A stretch of DNA of 64,000 nucleotides, from NCBI GenBank assembly GCA_964612105.1, contig CAZTEU010000002.1, positions 83,697-147,696 of the forward strand, written 5' to 3'. The notes under the pieces were generated by a model, which was not told the DNA's origin, searched no databases, and saw only the letters and a program-made list of their open reading frames with translations. The position numbers and the translations under genes were made by a program. Source of the DNA: an uncultured Gammaproteobacteria bacterium (GTDB lineage Bacteria > Patescibacteriota > Patescibacteriia > Magasanikbacterales > UBA922). How positions within the stretch are numbered: position 1 is the stretch's first letter; every line of letters starts with the position of its first letter. Positions 1 through 9,124 of this stretch are shown here, one piece after another.

Positions 1-1278
1 TCTATACTCCTCAGCACTTAAACGCTTCCAGTCTTTGTCTAGTAACTCATTTGCTTCTGTAATACTAAAAGATTCTGCTTCTATCTGATCTGTATAACCG
101 GGAGAGCCTGGAAGTAGTGGTCCATCAATAACCTGACCCTCACCTGACAAGCTTTGCTTAACAATACGATCCTTGTCCAAAGCTTTGGTAAGAGCTGTAC
201 GCACATCATCATCCTGCAACGCTTCCAATCTTTTCTGATTTAAAAACAGAGCTGTATATTGAGGTAAACGCAGTGTCCTTAGAAGAATATGCTTACGCTC
301 TACCTTATCTCTAAGATCAAATGGAACATAGCTAAGCGCTGTAACCTTCTCATCTCTCAAAGCATTGATAGCCCCATCCGTTCCTTCATATTCTACAAAA
401 AATCTAAATACAAAATCTTGTATATATGCTATCTCGTCATAAAAATTTTCAAACCTCTCCAGTTCGAAACTATAAATAAACCCTGTCTCGTCTTTTGCTA
501 ACTTCTTAAACAGAAAAGGTCCTGTACCAACTGGTTGCAAATTTCTTTGTGCAAGCCCAATCCTATCTGGGGCAATATCAAACCAAACATGTTCTGGCAA
601 AACACCAACTGTGAGAGTAGACAAGAACGGCTGAAACGGTTCTGATAATGTGAACTCCACAGTATAGTCATCCAAAGCCTCAGTATTAACACCCTCAAAA
701 GCTACTCTTAGAGGACTGTTCACTAAAGGATCCTGTATGGTTTGTATTGTAAAGATAATATCATTAGATGTAAAAGGCTCTCCATCATGCCAGGTTACAT
801 CTTCTCTCAATTTAAATGTGTATGTTTTCTTGTCTTCACTAATCTCATAACTTGCACCAAGATCTGGAACAAGCCTCTGTTCACTATCATACTTCATTAA
901 ACCTGAATATACTAAACGCACAATATCTCTGTCTACATCATTAACAGAAGAAAACACTGGATTAATACGTTGAGGTGTTCCAACAACAGCCTCTATGTGT
1001 TTTCCCCCAACAGCTGGTATATCTGCATGACTTCTTCCAATTAAGACAGCGCCACCCCAAACAATACTTATGGCAAAGATAATAACGCTTGTCTTAAAAA
1101 TAATATACTCGGATGGACTAAGAATTTGTTTAATGTGACGAATCTGTTGCCACTTTGGCCAAGTTCTTTTTCTTATACGCCTTAAAATCGCAATGTCATG
1201 ATTACGAGAAATAAGTGGCTTTTTACCACGGAGACGATTAAAGCGTCGTTGTATATAATGAAGAAATCGTTTATGCAC
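1..1278 (-). CDS. ABC transporter peptide/nickel substrate-binding protein (family 5), runs off the left edge
   Basis: Reading the minus strand from GTG at 1278 gives an N-terminal TM segment, then VGTPQRINPVFS..DVDRDIVRLVYSGL, YTFKLREDVTWHDGEPFTSNDIIFT and QPVGTGPF, all typical SBP_bac_5 motifs. Absent from the ORF track because it has no stop in the window. Confidence 0.85.
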   Translation of the reverse strand, partial: MHKRFLHYIQRRFNRLRGKKPLISRNHDIAILRRIRKRTWPKWQQIRHIKQILSPSEYIIFKTSVIIFAISIVWGGAVLIGRSHADIPAVGGKHIEAVVGTPQRINPVFSSVNDVDRDIVRLVYSGLMKYDSEQRLVPDLGASYEISEDKKTYTFKLREDVTWHDGEPFTSNDIIFTIQTIQDPLVNSPLRVAFEGVNTEALDDYTVEFTLSEPFQPFLSTLTVGVLPEHVWFDIAPDRIGLAQRNLQPVGTGPFLFKKLAKDETGFIYSFELERFENFYDEIAYIQDFVFRFFVEYEGTDGAINALRDEKVTALSYVPFDLRDKVERKHILLRTLRLPQYTALFLNQKRLEALQDDDVRTALTKALDKDRIVKQSLSGEGQVIDGPLLPGSPGYTDQIEAESFSITEANELLDKDWKRLSAEEYR

Positions 1279-1328
1279 ACGAATACGGAAAGTCAATTAG
1301 GTAAATAATTACAGAATTGACAAACGAA

Positions 1329-1547
1329 TTATACTAGATGTGACAGAAGTGCCACGCTGAAGAATACGATGGATATTACTATGGTTGCCTTGTGCAATAC
1401 CAAGTCAATACCCCTTTTTGTTGTAAACATAGTCCCAGAACCACCAAATGCTGCACCAAGTCCTGTTCCTTTTTGCTGTAACATAACTACTGTAATTAGT
1501 GCTATTGCAAGCACCACCTGAGTAATTGTTAGAATATTTTGAATCAT
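1329..1547 (-). CDS. secG: preprotein translocase subunit SecG
   Basis: Two TM helices with LQQKGTGLGAAFGG motif. Confidence 0.95.
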   Translation of the reverse strand: MIQNILTITQVVLAIALITVVMLQQKGTGLGAAFGGSGTMFTTKRGIDLVLHKATIVISIVFFSVALLSHLV

Positions 1548-1676
1548 ATTATATAGAGTATAGCATGAATTGAGTCCTCCTTCAATCGAGCGTCATTATA
1601 TATAATATAGGCAAAAATGTCAATAGTCCACCATATCATTGACAATAAAATGCCCCCGTGCTATAATCTCGCCACT

Positions 1677-2030
1677 ATGAAAAAAGACCTACATCCAACT
1701 AGTCACCCAGTAGTATTCGTGGATACATCATGTAATGCTGAGTTTGTGACTACGTCTACACTAAAATCAGAAGAAACACGTAAGATAGATGGTGTGGATC
1801 ATTTTGTTATACCAGTAGAAATTTCATCTGCTTCACATCCTTTCTATACAGGAAAGCAAATTCTTGTGGACACTGCTCGTCGTGTTGAGAAATTCCAAGA
1901 GCGTGCCAAAAAACAAGCAGAGGCTTCTGCTACAAGAAAAGGTAAAAAGGCAAAGAAGGCAAAGTCTTCAGTAAAAAAAGATAATAAAGCAAAGGCAGAG
2001 AAGAAAGACAAGAAAGAAGATTCAAAATAG
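1677..2030 (+). CDS. rpmE: 50S ribosomal protein L31 (type B-like) with Lys-rich C-terminal tail
   Basis: MKKDLHP...VEISSASHPFYTGKQ..VDTARRVEKF. Start moved to ATG 1677, just after a TTGACA..TATAAT promoter (1639-1667). Confidence 0.95.
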   Translation: MKKDLHPTSHPVVFVDTSCNAEFVTTSTLKSEETRKIDGVDHFVIPVEISSASHPFYTGKQILVDTARRVEKFQERAKKQAEASATRKGKKAKKAKSSVKKDNKAKAEKKDKKEDSK

Positions 2031-2042
2031 CCAACCAAATAT

Positions 2043-2070
2043 AAAGGCAGGCGTTATTCGTCTGTTTTTT
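2043..2070 (+). terminator. intrinsic terminator after rpmE
   Basis: ggcaggcg-ttatt-cgtctgtt hairpin followed by T-run. Confidence 0.7.
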
Positions 2071-2102
2071 ATTACTCGTGTATAATATACCTCAATAAAA
2101 AT

Positions 2103-3173
2103 ATGGAAGACAAATATATAAAAATCAAAGATAAGTTTAATGAACTAGAGCAGGCACTCCAAGACCCTGCTGTTATTGGTGATCAAAACAAGCTAAGGAA
2201 AATTTCTCAGGAATACAGTGAACTAAAAGATGTTGTAGAAAAAATAAAAGAGTTGGACAACATATCAAAGGAGCTTGGTGAGGTAGAGGCAATAATAGCA
2301 AGCGAACAAGATGAGGAGCTCAGGACCCTTGCGTCTGGAGAAGTATTAGAACTTCGTGATAGGAAAAAAATTATGGAGGATGAGTTGGCTATCGCAACCA
2401 GACCAAAAGATCCTATGGATAAGAAAAATGTAATAATAGAAATACGAGCGGGTGCTGGTGGTGATGAGGCTGCTCTTTTTGCTGGAGATCTTATGCGCAT
2501 GTACTCAAAGTACGCAGAAAGCAAAAAGTGGAAAGTACAACTTCTAAGTGAAAATAGAATCGGAATTGGTGGATATAAAGAAGTTATATTTTCCATAGAA
2601 GGAACAAACGTATATGCAGACATGAAATACGAGATGGGGGTTCATAGAGTACAGAGAGTTCCAGATACAGAAAAACAGGGGCGTATCCATACATCAACAG
2701 CTAGTGTGGCTGTACTTCCAGAAATAGAGGAAGAGGAAATTGAAATTAAACCACAAGACCTAAGAATAGATACATATTGTGCGAGTGGTCATGGTGGACA
2801 GAGTGTTAACACAACCTACTCTGCGGTGCGCATTACTCACATACCAACCGGATTGGTGGCACAGTGCCAAGATGAAAAATCCCAGTTAAAAAATAAAGAT
2901 AAAGCAATGGGAGTTTTACGTGCCCGTATCTTTGAAGCTGAACAAGAAAAGAAAGATGCGGAGCTCTCTGAAAAGAGAAAAAAACAAATAGGAACTGGTG
3001 ATAGAAGTGAAAAAATTCGTACATACAACTATCCTCAGGATAGGATTACAGATCATCGAATAAAAGAGAGTTGGAATAACATAAACACTATTTTAGAGGG
3101 TGATATTTCTAGTGTTATAGAATTACTGCGTAAAGCTGATTATGAAAAATTGGACGAAGGAGAAGACAGTTAA
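2103..3173 (+). CDS. prfA: peptide chain release factor 1
   Basis: GGQ motif ([11 protein letters not shown]), [11 protein letters not shown] (PxT), [11 protein letters not shown]. Confidence 0.97.
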   Translation: MEDKYIKIKDKFNELEQALQDPAVIGDQNKLRKISQEYSELKDVVEKIKELDNISKELGEVEAIIASEQDEELRTLASGEVLELRDRKKIMEDELAIATRPKDPMDKKNVIIEIRAGAGGDEAALFAGDLMRMYSKYAESKKWKVQLLSENRIGIGGYKEVIFSIEGTNVYADMKYEMGVHRVQRVPDTEKQGRIHTSTASVAVLPEIEEEEIEIKPQDLRIDTYCASGHGGQSVNTTYSAVRITHIPTGLVAQCQDEKSQLKNKDKAMGVLRARIFEAEQEKKDAELSEKRKKQIGTGDRSEKIRTYNYPQDRITDHRIKESWNNINTILEGDISSVIELLRKADYEKLDEGEDS

Positions 3174-3972
3174 ACAACTATTGAGTAGCTCCCCTATTGA
3201 CTCTTTGGATGCGGAATTACTCATTGCAAATATACTCGCGAAAACACGCGAGTTTATAGTTTCACACCCAGAGTTAGTTGTTGGTTTTTTTGATAGATTA
3301 AAATATTATAGAGCTGTTTCAAAAAGAAAGAACAATACTCCTATTGCATACCTACTGGGATACAAGGAGTTTTATGGACTAGATTTTATTGTAAACAAAA
3401 ATACTCTCGTACCAAGACCAGAAACTGAATTGCTTGTTGAGGAAGCACTGAAGCATATTACAAACGCAGATGTTCTTATAGATATAGGTACTGGTAGCGG
3501 CTGTATCCCTATCTCTATACTCAAAAACACAAAAAACAATATTAACACTGTTGCGGTAGATATATCCCAATCTGCAATTAATGTTGCAAGGAAAAATGCA
3601 AAAAAGCATGGAGTAAATATAGAATTCTTGCGAGGTAGTCTACTGACCCCAATAAAGAAAGAGATCTTACTGGGTAAGAAAGTAGTAATTACAGCCAATC
3701 TCCCATATCTTACAGAATCACAATATAATAATGAGATGTCCATAAGAAAAGAGCCAAAGGATGCACTTGTTGCAGAGAAAAAAGGACTTGCCTTATATAT
3801 GGAATTAGTTGATCAGATAAAGGATATAGACAGTAAAATTATAGCTATTTTTGAGATAGATCCAAGCCAGGAAAGTCTATTGAAGAGCTATATTAAACAT
3901 AAGTTGGGTATAGAGGACATAAAAACAGTTGAAGATCTTGCTGGCCATACAAGATTGGTGATATTTGGCTAA
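3142..3972 (+). CDS. prmC: release factor glutamine methyltransferase
   Basis: [17 protein letters not shown] and ANLPY motifs; directly after prfA. Confidence 0.95.
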   Translation: MKNWTKEKTVKQLLSSSPIDSLDAELLIANILAKTREFIVSHPELVVGFFDRLKYYRAVSKRKNNTPIAYLLGYKEFYGLDFIVNKNTLVPRPETELLVEEALKHITNADVLIDIGTGSGCIPISILKNTKNNINTVAVDISQSAINVARKNAKKHGVNIEFLRGSLLTPIKKEILLGKKVVITANLPYLTESQYNNEMSIRKEPKDALVAEKKGLALYMELVDQIKDIDSKIIAIFEIDPSQESLLKSYIKHKLGIEDIKTVEDLAGHTRLVIFG

Positions 3973-3986
3973 AAAAGCATTGAAAC

Positions 3987-4015
3987 TTGACAAATAAGCC
4001 AATTTATGATATTGT
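3987..4015 (+). promoter_or_regulatory. sigma70-type promoter of orphan gene 4126
   Basis: TTGACA-N17-TATTGT with TG extension. Confidence 0.7.
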
Positions 4016-4125
4016 CCTTAGTCTCTCATATGGTTAGTGGCGCATGTCTATAAGCGTAGACATGCCCCACTAACGATGATGAGAACCCGCCAAACGAGTC
4101 ATATCTCGTAGGCACGGAGGTCAAC

Positions 4126-4650
4126 ATGGCTACCAAGAATGGAGTCCCTGATAGCAAGACTGAGGTCCTGTGGTTCAGGACTGGAGACCCAGAAAAGAAA
4201 GGTCTTATACTGCTTGGAAACTTGAAGTTGCTTGTCAACTTCGAGCCAGATGAGCCGGTGGTACCAGCCTGGTTTGGAAGCGCCGAACGTATACACCAAC
4301 TTATAACTCAGCTCAGAGGGGCTGGTGTAAAGGTTGAGACGTGCGCTCTGAAGACGTTCCTGAAAAGAACGAACTCAACCAAAATCAATCTCCGCATCCC
4401 TGACAAGAACACCATCTACTGCTACACAGTGCTCAGAAGTATGGTGAATGACATCAAACGTCATGCGGATAGAATCCGCATTCTCAACGATAACTTGTCA
4501 GAAGAAACGCTTTTGGAGCGAGCTCTAACAAGTTGGCTTTCCGAATGTTCTGGAATTGAGTTCTCCCACCTCGAAAGAGTTTGGAATGCATCTCCAGCTG
4601 AAGTACGTCGTGCGCTCGGACCAACAGCCAAAAACATGTTCAAGAGTTGA
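4126..4650 (+). CDS. hypothetical protein (GC-elevated, SD-led orphan)
   Basis: 174-aa ORF with GGAGG SD (acGGAGGtcaacATG), its own promoter and terminator; no family recognised. Confidence 0.75.
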   Translation: MATKNGVPDSKTEVLWFRTGDPEKKGLILLGNLKLLVNFEPDEPVVPAWFGSAERIHQLITQLRGAGVKVETCALKTFLKRTNSTKINLRIPDKNTIYCYTVLRSMVNDIKRHADRIRILNDNLSEETLLERALTSWLSECSGIEFSHLERVWNASPAEVRRALGPTAKNMFKS

Positions 4651-4752
4651 TCAGATTGCTCACATGCTGAGCGAAAAGATCACGGACAACCTGCGGGAGC
4701 TTCGCGCCCCCGCTCGTCCACCTGATAATAAAACTTGTTTTCAGATGGATAT

Positions 4753-4778
4753 AAAAAACTCCCATTAGGGAGTTTTTT
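4753..4778. terminator. bidirectional intrinsic terminator
   Basis: aaaaaactccc-atta-gggagtttttt between convergent genes. Confidence 0.8.
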
Positions 4779-4780
4779 GT

Positions 4781-5842
4781 TTACTTATATTCCACTTCCC
4801 CTCTTGCATTTATCACCTCTATCCATATCTTTCCTGGCTTGATTGGAATTTCTTCACCTTCGCTGTTCAGCCATTTTGTTTTTTGTTCTCGTCCAATCTT
4901 CATCCAAGTTCCGTCTGCTCTGTGTCCATCACGGAATACTTGCACAGGACCTGCTCCCTGTGTCTGAATATGCAATCTACCAATTGCATCTACAACAGTG
5001 GAGGTTACGTGTTGGACAATTATAGTATCTGCAACAATTGGTCTCAAATCTTTGTCTACATGACGCACTCCACCTTGGTAACGGTCATACTGCAAGGTGC
5101 TTGTGTTAAATTTCCAGTTAGCCTGATACGTTTCCCCTAAAAACGTGACTGTAATATCTTCTGTGCAACCATCCTCACACGCATCCATTTCATTGTACGC
5201 CCATGATTCGGTTGTTGTTGTACCTCTACCCTCACCATAATCTTCCCATGCTTTATTCCAATGATCTTCGGAAGTATATACATTATGAGGAGCATACCTG
5301 TCTTTGCTTCTCCAATAATACCAACCTCTATAGAATTCGTTTAAATCAAAAAGGTCTATTTGTTTAATCTTTTCGAGCGCTTCCGGTGAGCCACCTACAT
5401 GCATATACATTGGATCATTATATTCGCTGACCCAGTCTAAGTAGTAAGGACGAGCACTGCGTACAGGCCCTACTTTTTTTACCTCAGCATCTTTTGGAAA
5501 GAGTAATAGGAATCTGGAATAATTAGCTTCTACCGGTGCCTCATATACAACAGAAGCATCTACAAGCCCAGACTGAGGGCGTGCATCTGGATGGTTTTCT
5601 ACCATAATAGCTACTACATTAGAAACAGTCTCATCTTCATTGTCTACACATTCTCCATTAAGAGTTTTGCGGAAATCACACTTAATTTTACTCTTTCCAT
5701 CAAAAAAATCTGTGACGAAAGAACCGTCACGAACAGGTTGTGTTATAAACTGATACCCCAGCCAAGCAATCAGACCAAATGCTACAAAAAAAACCACAAC
5801 AGCAAGGGAGTATACATATTTTGATTGTTGTTTCTTGTTCAT
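4781..5842 (-). CDS. DUF3048 family membrane-anchored protein
   Basis: AIMVENHPDARPQSGL, VGPVRSARPYY, APHNVY and PGKIWIEV motifs. Confidence 0.9.
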   Translation of the reverse strand: MNKKQQSKYVYSLAVVVFFVAFGLIAWLGYQFITQPVRDGSFVTDFFDGKSKIKCDFRKTLNGECVDNEDETVSNVVAIMVENHPDARPQSGLVDASVVYEAPVEANYSRFLLLFPKDAEVKKVGPVRSARPYYLDWVSEYNDPMYMHVGGSPEALEKIKQIDLFDLNEFYRGWYYWRSKDRYAPHNVYTSEDHWNKAWEDYGEGRGTTTTESWAYNEMDACEDGCTEDITVTFLGETYQANWKFNTSTLQYDRYQGGVRHVDKDLRPIVADTIIVQHVTSTVVDAIGRLHIQTQGAGPVQVFRDGHRADGTWMKIGREQKTKWLNSEGEEIPIKPGKIWIEVINARGEVEYK

Positions 5843-5901
5843 AGGCTATATTGTATCGTAAAAACACAAATTAAAAAACCCCACATACGTGGGGCTTTAT
5901 T

Positions 5902-6606
5902 TTATTTACTGTCTTCTTTCTTTTCCTCAGCAGGTTTTTCTTCTTCTTTAGCTCCATCCTTTGCTTCTTCACCCTCTTCACCTTCTTTCTTCTCTCCATC
6001 CACTTCCACATCCTCCACACTAGGTGCTTCTGCTTCTTCCATTGCCTTAAGTTGCTCCTCTGTAAGAGGTGCTACTACTTTAGCAATTAATGTTGTTGGG
6101 TCATCTGTTACAGTTAATCCTGCAGGAAGTTTAAGATCACCAATAGAAATTGTATTCTCAAAAGTCTCTAGAACTGAAAGATCCACTGTGATGTTAGAAA
6201 CCAAGTCTTTTGGAAGACAGCGAACATTAACCTCACGGAGAGTTGTTTGTAATGTTCCACCAAGAGTTTTAACTGCAGCAGGCTCACCTTCAAACTCAAG
6301 TGATATTGTCGCAGACATTTCCTCACCCATTTTAATTTGTCTCAAATCTACGTGAGTAATAGTATCTTTTACTACATCATACTGTATATCCTGTATCAAC
6401 ATTTTTATTGGTTCACCACCATCAACAGAAACGTCAATCATGTTTGATCGCCCTGCTTCATCGTTTAATCTTTCAAATGTATTGTAATCCATCTCAATTG
6501 AAACAGAGTCTAGTTCTGGTCCATAAAGTACTGCTGGAATTTTTCCTTCAGCACGTACAGCTTCTGGTTTATTTGTTCTTTTCTGAACAGCAAGTGAAAA
6601 TGTCAT
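5902..6606 (-). CDS. rplY: 50S ribosomal protein L25 (CTC type)
   Basis: RAEGKIPAVLYG, HVDL, CTC C-domain and acidic tail. Confidence 0.95.
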   Translation of the reverse strand: MTFSLAVQKRTNKPEAVRAEGKIPAVLYGPELDSVSIEMDYNTFERLNDEAGRSNMIDVSVDGGEPIKMLIQDIQYDVVKDTITHVDLRQIKMGEEMSATISLEFEGEPAAVKTLGGTLQTTLREVNVRCLPKDLVSNITVDLSVLETFENTISIGDLKLPAGLTVTDDPTTLIAKVVAPLTEEQLKAMEEAEAPSVEDVEVDGEKKEGEEGEEAKDGAKEEEKPAEEKKEDSK

Positions 6607-6607
6607 A

Positions 6608-6967
6608 TTATTTACTGAGTAAGTGACTTAATTTCTTAGAGTGAATATTGACGGCGTTATGAAAAGATAGCACGTCATCCTCACTTATTGGTTCTTTTTC
6701 ATAAAATGTAACAACATCATCTGCAGATAGGTCTGTAAATAGTCCTACAGAACTCACACCCATCTGTGATATTGTTACAATGTTTAGAATCTTACTATGA
6801 CAACTTACACACGTTATGTGAACAAGGTGCACTCCATGCTCCTCGAAAAGAACATCCACACTTTGTTCCGAGTATGATTTACCACACATCGGGCATTCAC
6901 GCACCTGAGCTACTCCACCTTGTAAGCGGTCAAAGAAAGAGCTATTTGTTTTTTTTGTTGACCTCAT
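6608..6967 (-). CDS. hypothetical Zn-ribbon-like protein
   Basis: CPMC...HITCVSC motif; ATG 6967 preferred as start. Confidence 0.75.
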   Translation of the reverse strand: MRSTKKTNSSFFDRLQGGVAQVRECPMCGKSYSEQSVDVLFEEHGVHLVHITCVSCHSKILNIVTISQMGVSSVGLFTDLSADDVVTFYEKEPISEDDVLSFHNAVNIHSKKLSHLLSK

Positions 6968-7124
6968 ATTTCTTAATGGCCAAGTGGCCAAAATTCTATC
7001 ATAGATAATAATAATCGTCAAGTCTCCTACATACATTATATATTATGAAGATAAACAAGCTAAATATACCTGTGTGTAACCCGTTTTTGACAACCAATTT
7101 CCAAAGGGATATAATTCACCTGTT

Positions 7125-7433
7125 ATGTTTAATTTTTTCAATATGAAAACAAAGGAGGGGAACCTAAACAAGAAGCTCGACGAGGTTCTTGAGATTGTTC
7201 ATTTTATTAAAGACAACGCTGCTACAAAAGTAGAATTGAATGAGCTAAGGGTAGAGCTCAAAGAAGAAATAGGTGTTGTACGAGATGATCTGCAGGGTGT
7301 TAAAAGTGATCTGCAAAAAGTGAAAAACGAGATGCTAGATCACGTAGATGGTTTTATTAAACTCTACAAGAATCAAGAGTCTGAGAATGCAGCGCTTGGA
7401 ATGCGAATGCTTCGTCTGGAAAGTTCTAGATAA
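7125..7433 (+). CDS. small coiled-coil hypothetical protein
   Basis: Heptad pattern (ATKVELNELRVELKEE); TTGACA..TATAAT promoter at about 7088-7115; start may be ATG 7143. Confidence 0.7.
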   Translation: MFNFFNMKTKEGNLNKKLDEVLEIVHFIKDNAATKVELNELRVELKEEIGVVRDDLQGVKSDLQKVKNEMLDHVDGFIKLYKNQESENAALGMRMLRLESSR

Positions 7434-7446
7434 AAATAAAGATAAA

Positions 7447-7479
7447 CAAAAACACCCAGTATTTACTGGGTAGTTTTTT
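7447..7479. terminator. bidirectional terminator ending the 10.6-7.5 kb GC-rich unit
   Basis: aaaaacacccagta-tt-tactgggtagtttttt. Confidence 0.75.
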
Positions 7480-7638
7480 ATTTCCACCGCTGACAACAGC
7501 CAGTCAAGACGTATCGCGGGGAGAGAGTGTAAGTACAAGTACTCACAGACCGTGATATGTTTTGGGTCTGGCTGATGCCAAGGGTGGTGGTTATTATAAT
7601 CCTCACTCAACCCTTTTGTAAAGATTGAGAATGGGATG

Positions 7639-7712
7639 CCGGAATCGTTTTATCGATTCCGGCTTAGCCCTCCTAATTTTCAAAGAACATAGTGATAACG
7701 CGCAGTCATCAC
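7639..7712 (-). repeat. 3' module copy 1: hairpin, boxA-like motif, AGGAGGG, hairpin
   Basis: ccggaatcgttttatcgattccgg (7639-7662) is identical to 9047-9070; ccctccta(a/g)ttttcaaagaacat (7668-7690) matches 9075-9097. Confidence 0.9.
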
Positions 7713-7740
7713 TTTCTGGAACCGCGAGAGGGTGCTGAGA

Positions 7741-8835
7741 CTAGCACGCCTCGGAGTACACGCCGTTGAGAGTGTCCAGCAACACCTGCATGGTGTTGTT
7801 GTCGATCACGCCCAGCGTACGAGCGCTCTTGATCGTGCACTCGACCAACTCGTGCACATCCTCCCACCGGTGCGGTCGGTGAAGCCCCATCTCCGTGGCC
7901 AGCGCGTTGTGCTCGTAGCGACGCAGATTGGCAATCTCATTGATCTGCGCACGGAGCGGGTTGGCCCACCGGTCGTACATCGCCTGGAACTGCAGGTTGA
8001 ACACCCGCGCCTCGTCCACCTCGAACGCGATGTTCGAGCGGAGATTCCAGTAGAACTCCTCGGTGGTCTCGAAGCTACGATAGTCGTTGCCAACGAAGCG
8101 TCGGGCGATCCCCCGCAGCTTGGAGAAGCTGGAGTTGGGGTGACACCGGCGGATGTCGGTGAACACGGCCCAGAGGTTGCGCGCCTTGCGCAGGTTCTCT
8201 TCCTCATGGAGACGCTGGGCCTTGGCCAACGCCTCGGCATCGGCCTTCTTCTTCTGGATGACCGCGACGTACAGTGCTGACTTGGAGACGTAGGTCTCCG
8301 GGCTGTCGATGCCGTTCGCCTTGGCGAACTGGTTCGCATCGTAGCGGAGCCAATTCTTGCGCTCCGTCACCGTCCAGCGACGCTGGGTATCTACGACCAC
8401 CTGAGCCATGTCGATCCACAGCCAGTTGGCGTGGCTACGCAGTGCGTAGCCGACGCCCTTGCCGTTGCGGGTCATCTTGGCGATGATCCCCGTGATGAGA
8501 CGCTTAGCCTCGGAAAGATCCGCATCCAGGATGGATGCGTTGTGCCGGAGAACCTCCGGCACACCCTTGCCCACGTTGAGGAGATCGCTGATCTCCCCCT
8601 CGACGAGATGGCGCGCCTCGGAGAGGTTGATCCCCATCCGACAGGCGCGCTTCATCTGCCCGCCCGTGAGCTCGGTGCCCTCGATCAGTGCCGTCTCGAT
8701 ACCGTCGAGTTCGGCCTTGACCAGCTCCTCACGGAGGTCGGCCACAGCATCGGCACCGCCGAGCTTCTTGGTGATCACGGCGTCCGGGGACTTCCCCGCA
8801 CGCAACATCTTCTTCACCTTCTTGCGAATGCTCAT
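7741..8835 (-). CDS. hypothetical protein (GC-rich, SD-led orphan)
   Basis: Long ORF with G/C third positions; cAGGAGGGagttATG start at 8835; spot count 40/60 G+C at 8101-8160. Confidence 0.8.
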   Translation of the reverse strand: MSIRKKVKKMLRAGKSPDAVITKKLGGADAVADLREELVKAELDGIETALIEGTELTGGQMKRACRMGINLSEARHLVEGEISDLLNVGKGVPEVLRHNASILDADLSEAKRLITGIIAKMTRNGKGVGYALRSHANWLWIDMAQVVVDTQRRWTVTERKNWLRYDANQFAKANGIDSPETYVSKSALYVAVIQKKKADAEALAKAQRLHEEENLRKARNLWAVFTDIRRCHPNSSFSKLRGIARRFVGNDYRSFETTEEFYWNLRSNIAFEVDEARVFNLQFQAMYDRWANPLRAQINEIANLRRYEHNALATEMGLHRPHRWEDVHELVECTIKSARTLGVIDNNTMQVLLDTLNGVYSEAC

Positions 8836-9046
8836 AACTCCCTCCTGTGGGAATAGTACGTGGTGTTGCCAAACACCTGTCCTTTTCATCCGTCAATGGA
8901 TGACCACCAGCGCGAGCAGCGCCGATAGAGACTTCAATTGTATAGAACTGCATAGGTCGTTGGCACGACCGCAGAGGAGCAAACACTCGCCCTCACTGCC
9001 CCCCGCACCCACCTGTTATGATAGGTACGAGAAACATTGTAGGACC

Positions 9047-9119
9047 CCGGAATCGTTTTATCGATTCCGGGTTTCCCTCCTAGTTTTCAAAGAACATTTC
9101 CGAGTAACGCATGGTCACT
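9047..9119 (-). repeat. 3' module copy 2
   Basis: Same module as 7639-7712, immediately after the stop of the Cys-rich gene. Confidence 0.9.
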
Positions 9120-9124
9120 ACAGA

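Noticed and set aside
289-698. Short ORFs 289-501 and 498-698
   Set aside because: They lie within the ABC substrate-binding gene, in other frames.
7639-9119. Repeated palindromes as integron attC sites or CRISPR repeats
   Set aside because: No RYYYAAC/GTTRRRY ends, no integrase, only two copies 1.4 kb apart and no cas genes.
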